Of a stretch of 64,000 bases of DNA, positions 43,804-53,616 are shown piece by piece (position 1 is the stretch's first letter; every line of letters starts with the position of its first letter). The stretch spans positions 192,001 through 256,000 of the forward strand of contig CAWEMM010000007.1 of the NCBI GenBank assembly GCA_963810095.1, given 5' to 3'. Source of the DNA: an uncultured Chloroflexia bacterium. Lineage in GTDB: Bacteria > Chloroflexota > Anaerolineae > CG2-30-64-16. Both the position numbers and the translations under genes were made by a program. The notes beneath the pieces were generated by a model that saw only the letters and a program-made list of their open reading frames with translations, ran no database searches and was not told the DNA's origin.

Positions 43804-44535
43804 CTACGGCTCCAAGACAGTTGCGGGATCCAGGTAGCCCTTGCCGGCAGCGGGGAAGCTGTCGGGATGGTTCGGGTAGGTGTAGCCCCGGCCTGCGACG
43901 AGCCCGTTGCAGTCAGGAGCGGACCCGTAGATGCTGCGTGCGTTCAGGAACTTCCTGATCTCGAAGTGCAGGTGTGAGTCGTCGCCCGAAGGGTGCAACG
44001 CCGGGAAGCGCCCCGTATAGCGCTGCTTGAGCACGGTGCCAAGCCGCTGGCCCCGCGCGACCGTATCCCCCTCGCTCACCTCGAGCGAGTTGTCGTCCAG
44101 GTGTGCATAGACGCTGTAAAGGGTCCCGTCTGCCGACTCGTGCGCCAGGATGACGACCAGACCAGGGTAGTTGATATCCGGGTTGGCGTACACCACCTTA
44201 CCCGCGGCCGCGGCGGTCACTTCGGCGCCCGCGGTGCTCTTGCCGTCCACCCGATACAGGTCCTGCCCCGCGTGCCACAGTTTCTCCCATGCAATGCCGA
44301 AGCAGGTAAGCCCCTTCAAGTCCGGGTTCTGCACGTCGTAGTTCGTGTCTTCGACAAGCTTCGCGCCCTCCTTCGTGACCCGCGGCCCGTAGGCGATACC
44401 GTCATGCGCGCCCAGAGGCGGCCCGAACGAGGTGTCCGCCGCGGAGGTCGAGGCGGTCGGGACGGTGAGAGCGGCCAGAAGAACCAGGCAGATGGGTAGC
44501 GCCCACTCTAGTTGCCTTCGCCGGCTCGTCTTCAT
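43804..44535 (-). CDS. Secreted M23 family metallopeptidase
   Basis: HAGQD (HxxxD), YAHL, HLHFEIR. Confidence 0.88.
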   Translation of the reverse strand: MKTSRRRQLEWALPICLVLLAALTVPTASTSAADTSFGPPLGAHDGIAYGPRVTKEGAKLVEDTNYDVQNPDLKGLTCFGIAWEKLWHAGQDLYRVDGKSTAGAEVTAAAAGKVVYANPDINYPGLVVILAHESADGTLYSVYAHLDDNSLEVSEGDTVARGQRLGTVLKQRYTGRFPALHPSGDDSHLHFEIRKFLNARSIYGSAPDCNGLVAGRGYTYPNHPDSFPAAGKGYLDPATVLEP

Positions 44536-45152
44536 GGCGCGACCTTGAGCGTTGCCAGGATTTGGTAGAACAGGGCCAGCGCCTGGGGATCGAGCGCAAC
44601 CGTCGCGGTGTCGTGCACCGGGGCCACAATGTATACCTTGTCGCCGTACGGCACGATCAGCGAGAAATCGGCTCCGCGGCCCAGCTGCACGCCCGAGAGT
44701 CCGGCCACGGTGGCACTCATCGTCTCCTGCGCCCAGCCGCCCGCGGGCTCGCCCGGCCGCGTTCGGCGGTACAACGCCTCGACGACCTGCTCCACCCCGA
44801 CGCGGTTGGGATTGGGCTCAGCACGCACGACCATGCCCTGGTACCCTTCCACGTCGGGAAGGCTAAACTGGAGCCGCGCCGTATAGATGCCAGCCTTGCT
44901 CGTGCCCGAGGTGAATTCGACATCTTGCGGGAAACTGAGCGAGTAGCCCAAGCTCGCTTCCGTGTAGCTCTGCCAGCCGGCCGGGGCGGCGGGGAGGGCA
45001 GTGGTGATGACTGAGGCGGCGGGGCCGGCCGAGCCTGCCGCAGGGCCGACGGAGGGTGCAGGCGCGGCGGTGGTGCACGCGGACAGCAGCAGCGCGGCCA
45101 CCACGCCGCGGAACAAGCCCTTCGTATGCAGAGACAGACGCCCCGGTCTCAC
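44532..45152 (-). CDS. Hypothetical lipoprotein
   Basis: Lipobox LSAC; WQSY..GYSLSFP; FYQILATLK; overlaps the M23 start. Confidence 0.65.
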   Translation of the reverse strand: MRPGRLSLHTKGLFRGVVAALLLSACTTAAPAPSVGPAAGSAGPAASVITTALPAAPAGWQSYTEASLGYSLSFPQDVEFTSGTSKAGIYTARLQFSLPDVEGYQGMVVRAEPNPNRVGVEQVVEALYRRTRPGEPAGGWAQETMSATVAGLSGVQLGRGADFSLIVPYGDKVYIVAPVHDTATVALDPQALALFYQILATLKVAP

Positions 45153-45251
45153 CTGACCCCCCTTCCACCAGGCAATGCTCCATCACAATACCCGGTGCGA
45201 GGGACCTGCATCTGTCAGGCTACAAACATTCTTGGTTACGCTGCCGCGACT

Positions 45252-45961
45252 TCACTCGGACGATTGCATGCGATCTTCGATCTCCCAGGTATGGTCGACG
45301 ACGTGATACGCGACCCGGCGCACGAAGTAGCGGGCGGGCCAGCCGCGCGCCGCCGCGCGGGCCGGGCGGCGGCAGGCCCACCGGCGCGGCGGCTGCCAAC
45401 CCTTCCAGCACCTTGTCACGGCTTACTGCCAGAGCCGCAGCGGGATCCGCCATGCTCGTCAATGCCCTCCACTCGACCTTGATGCCGGTCCGCCCGGCAT
45501 AAGCCGCTTCGGCCTCGGCGACGTGGCGCACGATCGCGTCGAGTTCCCGCCCACCTCCGCCGCGGGCCCTTCCGCAGCGCACTGCCCCGTGCTGCTGCCA
45601 CCGCCCGGTCGAACGCGCCCCAGCAGGCACGCAGCAGGCGGACCGAGCGCGCCGTCTCGTCCTCACTTAGGGGCTCGGCATCGGCCGGCAGCAGCCGCTC
45701 GGGCACGCCCATGTCGGTCGCGGTGCTTCCTGTCAGCCGGTCGCACACCTGAAACTCGGCGATGCCGGTAGGCGCGGCGAACGTCAGCCCCGCGGCCTTC
45801 ACAACCGCAGCATAGCGGGGCGCAGCCTGGAGCAACGCGGCCAGCGCCGACCCTTCATCCTTTCCACCCCGGCACCAGCCCGGCCAGTCCACTGCCACCG
45901 CCAGCACGCGCTTCGAGCCGCTCTCCAGGTACACGTCGATGGTGCCCACGTCTGCTCCCAT
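45252..45961 (-). CDS. Conserved hypothetical protein with DinB-like C-terminus (frameshifted)
   Basis: DWPGWCRGG; IVRHVAEAE; YFVRRVAYHVVDHTWEIEDR reconstructed across frames. Confidence 0.65.
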
Positions 45962-46120
45962 GTTGCCTCCCGGTCTGCCCGACCCTATGTTCGCGTCATT
46001 CCCACTGTTCGTGAGCTGATTGTATCACAATCATTTGGCATGTGATCCAGACCCGTCGCAGTCAACGTATACTGAGCGGATGGGAAAGCCCCCCATCGAG
46101 TATCGGAAGAGAAGAGAGGT

Positions 46121-47431
46121 TTGGAGATGAACAATTCGTGGTTCGGCAAGGCGTGGAAGTTGCGCTTGGCGTTGGTTTCGCTGTCCATTCTTGTGCTCGT
46201 ACTGGCCGGGTGCGCGGCCCAATCCGGCGCGGCCCAGCCCGGCTCGGCTGTGGCGACCCAGGCGCCCGCGCTGGCAACCCAAGTGGCTCCGACGGTCGCT
46301 GCCGTAGAGCCGACGGTGGCCGCGATGGCGACGGAAGCGGCAACTGTCGCACCGGCGGCCTCCACTGCGGTCACGACGACCGCGGCCGGCCCGGCGACGG
46401 TCATGATCAGCAAAAACGACAAACTCGGCGACATCCTGACCGACGAGAAGGGGATGACGCTGTACCTGTACACGAAGGATACGAAGAACACCTCCAACTG
46501 CTACGACAAGTGCGCGACCAACTGGCCGCCCTTGATGACCTCTGGCGCGCCGGTCGCGGGTGCAGGTGCGGACGCGACGCTGCTGGGCACGACGACCCGC
46601 AAGGACGGCAGCGTGCAGGTGACGTACAACGGTTGGCCGGTGTACTACTGGATCAAGGACCAGAAGCCCGGCGACGCGACCGGCCAGGACGTGGGCGGCG
46701 TGTGGTACGTGCTGAACGCCAAGGGCGAAGAAGTCGAGACGCCCGGCGGTGCTGCGGCAACCCCTGCGGCGACGAGCGCGGCCTCCAGCATGGCCGGGAC
46801 GGTCATGCTCGCCAAGAACGACAAGCTCGGCGACATCCTGACCGACGCGAAGGGCATGACCCTCTACCTGTTCACGAAGGACACGAAGAACACCAGCAAC
46901 TGCTACGATAAGTGCGCGACAAACTGGCCGCCCCTGCTCAGCCAGGGCCAGCCAACGGCGGGAACCGGTCTTGATGCGACGCTGCTGGGCACGACGACCC
47001 GCAAGGACGGCAGCGTGCAGGTGACGTACAACGGCTGGCCCCTGTACTACTGGGCCAAGGACCAGAAGCCCGGCGATACGACCGGCCAGGACGTGGGCGG
47101 GGTGTGGTACGTGCTGAACGCCAAGGGCGAAGAGGTCGAGACGCCTGCGGGCAGCTCGGCAGCGCCCGCCGCTGCGGCCGGAAAGACCGAAGACGTCTCC
47201 ATCAAGAACTTCAGCTTCGGCCAGCCGCTCACCGTGCCGGTTGGCACGACCGTCACCTGGAAGAACGAGGACAGCATGACCCACACGGTCACCGCGACCG
47301 ACAACTCGTTTGACTCCGGGGATCTGGAGCAGGGCGCGACCTTCAGTTTCACCTTCACGAAGGCCGGCACCTACAGCTACGTGTGCCAGCTCCATCCGAA
47401 CATGAAGGGCACGGTCACGGTTACCGGCTGA
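46121..47431 (+). CDS. Lipoprotein with duplicated Lipoprotein_15 (COG4315) modules and C-terminal cupredoxin
   Basis: Lipobox LAGC; two copies of GMTLYLxTKD..CYDKCATNWPP..YNGWPxYYW; type-1 Cu ligands H...CQLHPNM. Confidence 0.88.
   Translation: MEMNNSWFGKAWKLRLALVSLSILVLVLAGCAAQSGAAQPGSAVATQAPALATQVAPTVAAVEPTVAAMATEAATVAPAASTAVTTTAAGPATVMISKNDKLGDILTDEKGMTLYLYTKDTKNTSNCYDKCATNWPPLMTSGAPVAGAGADATLLGTTTRKDGSVQVTYNGWPVYYWIKDQKPGDATGQDVGGVWYVLNAKGEEVETPGGAAATPAATSAASSMAGTVMLAKNDKLGDILTDAKGMTLYLFTKDTKNTSNCYDKCATNWPPLLSQGQPTAGTGLDATLLGTTTRKDGSVQVTYNGWPLYYWAKDQKPGDTTGQDVGGVWYVLNAKGEEVETPAGSSAAPAAAAGKTEDVSIKNFSFGQPLTVPVGTTVTWKNEDSMTHTVTATDNSFDSGDLEQGATFSFTFTKAGTYSYVCQLHPNMKGTVTVTG
46397..47145 (+). 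repeat. Intragenic direct duplication (46397-46743 and 46799-47145)
   Basis: Near-identical DNA at a 402-bp offset. Confidence 0.85.
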
Positions 47432-47474
47432 TCGGGCTCGCCGCCGGGGACCGCTGTGAGTTGACTAACCATCG

Positions 47475-47510
47475 CCAGAAGGCCGGCAGCGTCGCCGGCC
47501 TTTTTTTGGC
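47475..47510 (+). terminator. Intrinsic terminator
   Basis: AAGGCCGGC-AGCGTC-GCCGGCC-TTTTTTT. Confidence 0.85.
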
Positions 47511-47636
47511 GTTCGGTGCGGATGACATAACAGGTGGGCCAGTCGGTGGAAAGACTACAGCGGCTGCCGGCCCGGGGTGCTATTCTCCCAACATCTCATG
47601 TACAACCCTGGGGTGTGCTGCCCCAAGGAGGATGCA

Positions 47637-48398
47637 ATGGACCGGCTGAACGGGAAACGGGCGCTCATCACGGGCGCGTCGCGCGGGCTGGGCCGCGAAC
47701 TGGCCCTGACCTTCGCGCGCGAGGGCGCGTCGCACCTGGTGCTCGCTGCGCGTGACCGGGCTGCGCTGGACGAAGTGAAGCGCGAGGTGGCGGGTGAGCG
47801 TCCTGACGCGCACGTCTTCGTGATCACCGTGGACTTGAACCGCGAGGAGGATGTCGAGCGCCTCGCCGCGCTCACGCTGACCGCTCTCGGCGGCCAGCTC
47901 GACGTGCTGGTGAATAACGCTTCGACGCTGGGACCGACGCCTATGCCGTACCTGCTCGACTATCCGCTCGAGGATTTTCGGCGGACGCTCAACGTCAACC
48001 TGATCGCGCCGTTTCTGCTGATCAAGAAACTGCTGCCTGCCATGGTCGAATGCGGCGGGGCGATCATCAACGTCACCAGCGACGCGGGTGTGACCGGCTA
48101 TCCGGGTTGGGGCGCTTACGGCATCTCGAAGTTCGGGCTGGAGGGACTCTCGCAGACCTGGGCTGCGGAACTGACCGATGCGGGCGTGCGGGTAAATTGG
48201 GTCGATCCGGGCAGCATGAACACGGAGATGCACCGGGCGGCTGAGCCTGGCGAGGACCCCGCTCAATGGGCCGACCCCGCCGCTTCCACCGGCGTATTCG
48301 TCTACCTGGCGTCAGATGATTCGAAGGGCGTCACAGGAAAGCGTTTGCTCGCCCAGGAGGAAGGGTGGGGCTTGGCCGGAGAGCCGGCCGCGGGATGA
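47637..48398 (+). CDS. Short-chain dehydrogenase/reductase
   Basis: TGASRGLG, NNAS, YGISK (YxxxK), DPGSMNT. Confidence 0.92.
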   Translation: MDRLNGKRALITGASRGLGRELALTFAREGASHLVLAARDRAALDEVKREVAGERPDAHVFVITVDLNREEDVERLAALTLTALGGQLDVLVNNASTLGPTPMPYLLDYPLEDFRRTLNVNLIAPFLLIKKLLPAMVECGGAIINVTSDAGVTGYPGWGAYGISKFGLEGLSQTWAAELTDAGVRVNWVDPGSMNTEMHRAAEPGEDPAQWADPAASTGVFVYLASDDSKGVTGKRLLAQEEGWGLAGEPAAG

Positions 48399-49444
48399 CG
48401 GCGCCGTTCCAGTTCGAATTGCCGAAGGAGCTGGCCGCCAAGGAACCGCCCGAGCAGCGGGGCATCAGCCGCGACGCCGTCCGCCTGCTCGTGCTCGACC
48501 GCCAAACCTCGCATGTCGAGCATACACGGTTCGACCGCCTGGGGGATTACCTGAGGCCCGGCGACCTGCTCGTCTTCAACACGAGCCGGACCCTTCCTGC
48601 GTCTCTGGTCGGATGCGACCCCTCGCCCGGACCGTGCATCGAGGTGCGTCTTGCCGAGCACCTGCCCGACGACACGTGGTTGGCGCTGCTTCTCTGCCGC
48701 GACGACTCCGACCTGTTCGGCTGCGGGCTGGGTGAGGGGATCGAGCTGCGCTTCTCCGACGCGCTGACCTGCCGGGTGCTCGCGCCCGATCCTACCATCC
48801 CCCGCCTTTGGCAGATCCGTTTCTCCATGACCGGCATCGACCTGGTCGACGAGTTGTACCGCACCGGGCAGCCCGTGCGGTACAATTACGTGTCCGCGCC
48901 GTGGGACCTGGATTACTACCAGAACGTATTTGCCCGTGAGCCTGGCTCGGCCGAGATGGCATCCGCAGGCCGTGCCTTCACATGGCGGCTGCTCTTCGAC
49001 CTGCGCCGTAGGGGCGTGGAAATGGCCTATATCGTCCTGCACACCACGCTCTCGTCCTATATGGACGACGACTTGGACGCGCAGCACCCCGCGGCAGAGG
49101 AGGAGTACGTCATCGGGGAGGACGCCGCGAGGGCTATCAACGCGGCGCACGCTCGGGGCAGCCGGGTGATTGCGGTGGGCACGACGGTCGTACGCGGGCT
49201 GGAAGCGGCCGCAACGCAGGGCCGCGTGCAGGCCGAGCACGGCTACACGCGGCTCCATATTTCCGAACAGCACCGGCTTCAGGTGGTCGACGGCCTGCTC
49301 ACGGGCTTGCACGAGCCGATGGCGAGCCATCTCGACCTGCTCACCGCGTTTCTGGCGCCCCAACAAATCAAGGCTGCCTACGAGGAAGCGATCCGGCTCG
49401 GCTATCTATGGCACGAGTTCGGCGATCTGAACCTGATCGTTTAG
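48395..49444 (+). CDS. QueA-like SAM:tRNA ribosyltransferase-isomerase paralogue
   Basis: FELPKELAAKEP, PGDLLVFN, YQNVFA..PGSAEMASAGRAFT, AVGTTVVR, GLHEP, YLWHEFGD; ATGA overlap with the SDR. Confidence 0.85.
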   Translation: MTAPFQFELPKELAAKEPPEQRGISRDAVRLLVLDRQTSHVEHTRFDRLGDYLRPGDLLVFNTSRTLPASLVGCDPSPGPCIEVRLAEHLPDDTWLALLLCRDDSDLFGCGLGEGIELRFSDALTCRVLAPDPTIPRLWQIRFSMTGIDLVDELYRTGQPVRYNYVSAPWDLDYYQNVFAREPGSAEMASAGRAFTWRLLFDLRRRGVEMAYIVLHTTLSSYMDDDLDAQHPAAEEEYVIGEDAARAINAAHARGSRVIAVGTTVVRGLEAAATQGRVQAEHGYTRLHISEQHRLQVVDGLLTGLHEPMASHLDLLTAFLAPQQIKAAYEEAIRLGYLWHEFGDLNLIV

Positions 49445-49467
49445 TGCGCCTAATAAAGCCCGGTTGT

Positions 49468-49503
49468 GCAGGGGCGAGACACCCTCGGGTGCCTCGCCCC
49501 TGC
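49468..49503. repeat. REP-like hairpin between convergent genes
   Basis: GCAGGGGCGAG...CTCGCCCCTGC; arms resemble the 35239 element. Confidence 0.6.
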
Positions 49504-49510
49504 TAGATGA

Positions 49511-51397
49511 TCAGGGGACGGCAATCTTGCCCGTGATCGAGCCGAACCGGTCGGCTGCGTAGTACGACGAAGCGATGCCCTTGCGCCAGGCGTCGCGGGC
49601 GGCTGTGGAGGTCTCGACGCGCCAGTCGACGCCGTCGAATTGCCAGTTGAAGTACACTGCCGCCTTGATGCTCTTGTACTTGCCCGGAATCTGCGTGCTG
49701 AGCGCATCCGTAAACCAGCTGGCCTTCGAGCCGCCCTGCTCCACCGAGCCGAACTCGCCGATCATCATCGGCTTGGCCGGCGCGATCTTGAGGATCTCGT
49801 TGTAGGAGTAGCTGTACACCTGGTCGAAGGATTGCCACCCCGACGAGCGATTCGAGCCCCAGTTGTAGCCGTCCAGGCAGGTCCAGTCCACGTAGGAGTC
49901 GCCCGGATACAGCGACGCGAACGACGGGTTGGTGGTGTTCGGGTAGTCGATGTTGGGGCACCACACGTAGGAGGCGTTGCTGACGCCCACCTGGCGGAAG
50001 ATGTCGACAATGTGGCGCCACGCCTGCACGAACTGGCCGCGTTGGTTGCCGTTCTGGGTCTCCTGCCAGTTGTAGCCCCACGAACCGTTCATCTCGTGCA
50101 TGATGCGCAGGAAGAAGGGGAAGCCCCAGCTCTTGGCGTCGGTAGCGAACTGCCGGATGTAGGCGTCGTGCGTCCCGTTGATGATGTCGCCCAGCTGCCA
50201 CTTGTCGGCCGGCCCACCTTCGGGCGTCCATGAGATCATCGGAATTGCGCCGTGCGAGCGTGCGCTGTTGATCGTGCCATTCGACCAATTCTGGTAGGCT
50301 CCGGAGCTATTGCCCCAGAAATGACCCCAGTTGATGATCGAGACGGCCTTGCCCGTCACATCGCGCTCCCAGGCCGAGAGCACGTTCGGGTCCCACGGCA
50401 CGCCCGACATGTTCACGCCCCAGTAGATCGAGCCGGAGACGCCCGGGGTCGCGGTGGGCTGTGCAGTCGGGACCGGCGTGCCGGTTGCCGCGGCATTGTT
50501 CACCGTGAAAGTGCTGGTGACCTTGGTCGTGCCACCGCTGAGCAGGTCTGCCGACGCGGTGATGGTGTGCTGCCCGTTGGCGAGTTGCGCCGTATTGTAG
50601 GGATTCGCGGCCGTCGCCGACCCGCCTGCGAAATCGTAAGGAGCGCCGTTTTCTGTCTGGAAAGGCGTGCCGCTTGCGGCCGTGTTGTCGAGGTAGAAGC
50701 GGACCTGGCTCGCCCCCGAGCCGGGATTGAGGAACACGTAAATGTTGCCCGAAACGGTCTGGCCCTGCAGCGCAGCGGGGTTCGTGCGGTCGGCGGCCTT
50801 GCTGAGCGACAGCGAGTAGCTGCTGGCGGGCGTCGCCGTGGCCGGGAGCTTGGTCGGCGTTGCCGTCGGTGCGATTGTGGGCACCTTCGTCGCAGTAGGC
50901 GCCGGGACCGTTGGGGCGGCTGTCTTAATGGGCGTAGCCGTCGGGGCGGTCACCCCGTTGCTGACCGTAAACGTCGAAGTGATCTTCGTGGTGCCGCCGC
51001 CGCTCAGGTCGATAGCCGCCGTGATGCTGTGCGAGCCGTTGGACAGCTTTGCAGTGTCATACGGGGTGGGGGCGGTTGCGGAGCCGCCAGCGAAATCGTA
51101 CGGCGCGTTATTCTCCGTCTGAAAGGGCGTACCGCTGGCCGCCGTGTTATCCAGGTAGAAGCGCACCTGGGTCGCACCCGTATCGGGTGTCACGAACACG
51201 TAGATGTTGCCGGCGACCGTCTGGCCCTGCAGCGCGACGGGGCTCGTCCGGCCAGACGACTTGCTGAGCGAGAGCGAATAGCTGGTGGCCTGCGCGGCCG
51301 TGTAGGTGTGCGAGAGCGGGGCTGCAATGGGGGCTGCAACCGGGCTGATCAATGCGCTCAACGCGAGGACGAGCGCTACAACGAAAGTGGGTACCAT
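49511..51397 (-). CDS. Secreted GH26 glycoside hydrolase with two duplicated Ig-like domains
   Basis: RIMHEMNG acid/base, YPGDSYVD, DGYNW, IGEFG nucleophile; N-terminal domain duplicated at a 462-bp offset. Confidence 0.88.
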   Translation of the reverse strand: MVPTFVVALVLALSALISPVAAPIAAPLSHTYTAAQATSYSLSLSKSSGRTSPVALQGQTVAGNIYVFVTPDTGATQVRFYLDNTAASGTPFQTENNAPYDFAGGSATAPTPYDTAKLSNGSHSITAAIDLSGGGTTKITSTFTVSNGVTAPTATPIKTAAPTVPAPTATKVPTIAPTATPTKLPATATPASSYSLSLSKAADRTNPAALQGQTVSGNIYVFLNPGSGASQVRFYLDNTAASGTPFQTENGAPYDFAGGSATAANPYNTAQLANGQHTITASADLLSGGTTKVTSTFTVNNAAATGTPVPTAQPTATPGVSGSIYWGVNMSGVPWDPNVLSAWERDVTGKAVSIINWGHFWGNSSGAYQNWSNGTINSARSHGAIPMISWTPEGGPADKWQLGDIINGTHDAYIRQFATDAKSWGFPFFLRIMHEMNGSWGYNWQETQNGNQRGQFVQAWRHIVDIFRQVGVSNASYVWCPNIDYPNTTNPSFASLYPGDSYVDWTCLDGYNWGSNRSSGWQSFDQVYSYSYNEILKIAPAKPMMIGEFGSVEQGGSKASWFTDALSTQIPGKYKSIKAAVYFNWQFDGVDWRVETSTAARDAWRKGIASSYYAADRFGSITGKIAVP

Positions 51398-51698
51398 GGG
51401 GGAAGTCTCCTTTTCTCCATCATGGATAGCGCCGCCACAAGCACAGGAGTGAGTCTGCCATGCTCCGGCCGAGGACCGGGGGGAGTGGAAGCGCCAGGAC
51501 GCGCCGCAGGAGCCAAGTTGATCACCGGCGCGCCGAATCAAGCCGCGACGAAGCCGCGGACGGCCTGGTCTGCTGTTGTCAGAGATCAGGCGAGAGAACT
51601 AATCCAGTAAGGCGCTAACCTAATGGGGTCAATAAAGAGAACTTATAACGAGGTTTGATTTGAACCAGTAATACACATGACGTATGCGTCATCCAGGA

Positions 51699-51716
51699 GT
51701 ACTACGTCAATAGTAC
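51699..51716. promoter_or_regulatory. Putative operator GTACTA-N6-TAGTAC
   Basis: Perfect inverted repeat in the AT-rich region upstream of GH26; near copy at 60044-60061. Confidence 0.5.
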
Positions 51717-51813
51717 TACAATAATTTAGATCGCGCAAATCGAGCCTATCAAGAAAGATCGCGCACCGCGCGCGAACGGAAGGTGGGGTGTTCGATCGCA
51801 CCCCGTAGACGCG

Positions 51814-51848
51814 ATCGAGGGGACCCGCCGAGGCCGGGTCCCCTCGAT
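51814..51848. terminator. Hairpin downstream of the propeller gene remnant
   Basis: ATCGAGGGGACCCG...CGGGTCCCCTCGAT. Confidence 0.6.
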
Positions 51849-51883
51849 ACTCGCCGATAGGGATGTCGGACTTGCCGGCGATC

Positions 51884-52036
51884 CTACTTGATCTTCAGCA
51901 CCTCGCCGATCGGGACGATGCAGTTGTTGCTCACGTAGATTGCGCCCGCGCAGTTGATCGCCAGGCCGCCGGGGGCGGTGAGCCCGGTGCTCGCGATCTC
52001 GGTCTTGTTTCCTTGCTTGTCGACCTTGATTCGGGC
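51884..52036 (-). pseudogene. C-terminal remnant of a ScyD/ScyE-like beta-propeller gene
   Basis: IKVDKQGNKTEIASTGLTAPGGLAINCAGAIYVSNNCIVPIGEVLKIK* with no start codon. Confidence 0.6.
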
Positions 52037-52064
52037 GAAGCGCTCGCCTCGAGCTTATTCTGTC

Positions 52065-53006
52065 CTACTCAACGACCCTCAGCACGATTTTACCTTGTGT
52101 TCGGCGGGTCTCGATCGCTTCGTGTGCGTCCGCAGCTTCTCGCAATGGGAAGGTGGCGGACACGTACGGCTTCACTTGTCCCTCGTCCATCAGGGCCGCA
52201 ATCTGCCCCAGGATGGCGGGATCATTATGTCCCATGACCATCTGGCCTCGCACACCGTGCGCCTGCATTCTGTCCTCAGATGGCTGCTCCATTAACGAAA
52301 CCAGGATGCCTCCACGTTTCAAGGTGCCCCAGGATCGGTGCTGCGTCTCCCCGCCGACCGTGTCCAGCACTAGGTCAACGTCCTGGGCGCGTTCCTCGAA
52401 AGGCGTGGTGGTATAGTCGATCACCTCGTCGGCGCCAAGGCCGCGCAAGAAATCGAGACGCTGGCCCGAGCCCGTCGCGATGACGCGTGCGCCCCGGCAT
52501 TTCGCGAACTGTACGGCCAGGTGGCCCACCCCGCCTGCCGCGCCATGGATTAGCGCGGTCTCGCCCTCCGTCAGACCGCCGGCCTCGAACAGCGCCTCCC
52601 ACGCCGTCAACCCGGCGTGCGGGACGGCGGCGGCTGCGATGTGATCGACGGCTGACGGCTTTCTTACGACGTCGGATGCAGGGACGCAGACGAAGTCCGC
52701 ATACGCCCCGTCGCGCATCGGGTCCGTGCGCGCGAATACCTCGTCACCGGCGCGGAAACCCCTGGCGTCAGGTCCCACAGCCTCGACCACCCCTGACACA
52801 TCGAGACCCAATATGAGCGGGAAGGTGCGCGGAAACCATCCCGCCATGTAACCTTGCCGCATTGCGGCGTCCACAGGATTGACGCCTGCGGCGAGCACCC
52901 GGATCAACAGGTCTCCGTTTCGAGCCTCTGGGCACGGAGCGTCCTCGTAGATAAGTCCACTGCGGTCACCGTAGGAGTGGAGTCGAACAGCCTTCATGAC
53001 GGACAT
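52065..53006 (-). CDS. NADP-dependent quinone oxidoreductase (MDR family)
   Basis: MKAVRL, GVNPVD, GLDVSG, IHGAAGGVG, GKIVL. Confidence 0.92.
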   Translation of the reverse strand: MSVMKAVRLHSYGDRSGLIYEDAPCPEARNGDLLIRVLAAGVNPVDAAMRQGYMAGWFPRTFPLILGLDVSGVVEAVGPDARGFRAGDEVFARTDPMRDGAYADFVCVPASDVVRKPSAVDHIAAAAVPHAGLTAWEALFEAGGLTEGETALIHGAAGGVGHLAVQFAKCRGARVIATGSGQRLDFLRGLGADEVIDYTTTPFEERAQDVDLVLDTVGGETQHRSWGTLKRGGILVSLMEQPSEDRMQAHGVRGQMVMGHNDPAILGQIAALMDEGQVKPYVSATFPLREAADAHEAIETRRTQGKIVLRVVE

Positions 53007-53274
53007 GTGAACCTCCCGCTTCCGATCGCAGCGGCAGAGCACCGAAAGCCAAGTGTAAGATGCAACAAGAATCAAAGTCTTGCAAGCGACTTGTATCTTA
53101 CTTGTCCTTGACTGTCAAGTCCCAGGAGATGGCTCGTGCTCGGGGACGCGAGGCGACGAAAGGTCGGGCTCGCCCCTTACTGAGGAAGCTGCCGGGCATG
53201 CCGTTCGCGGCAACGAGGAGGGCCGAGTAGATGCGAAACCAGCGGGAGGATTGCCGAACTCCACGCTTCGCAAC

Positions 53275-53323
53275 AAAAAGTAATCCGGCCGTCACCGTGC
53301 TGGCAAAGTGACTGCCGGATTAC
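53275..53323 (-). terminator. Minus-strand intrinsic terminator with no recognisable upstream gene
   Basis: GTAATCCGGC...GCCGGATTAC stem followed by TTTTT on the minus strand. Confidence 0.55.
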
Positions 53324-53616
53324 CTGCCTCAACCGGACGCATTCGTCCTATGGGGAACCGGTGGCGGGCTGCCTAATTCCCGTTCACCAGTTGTCAGTGT
53401 TTCATCGACGTTCGGTCGACGGTGCGGCCCGCGTTTGACGTGTGCCCGTTTGGCGTTACAATGGCACCGATAGCTCAGCGCCTGGATCGGGTCGCGGACC
53501 AGATTCTGGCGTTCTGAGTATCGAATGCCAGCCTCCCTTCGACAGCCGAACGAAGTGTGATATTTACGTCATGTTTCGACCAACCCCTTTCTCACCCCAA
53601 AGTATGAGGAGCTTGA

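Noticed and set aside
46397-47145. Long direct repeats as a CRISPR array or mobile element ends
   Set aside because: In-frame intragenic domain duplication; no spacers, cas genes or transposase.
53303-53378. Resemblance to a c-di-GMP-I riboswitch (GGCAAA...GACGCA...GGTGGCGGGCTGCC)
   Set aside because: No GNRA-capped P2 or proper P3 pairing; only fragments match. cmscan would settle it.
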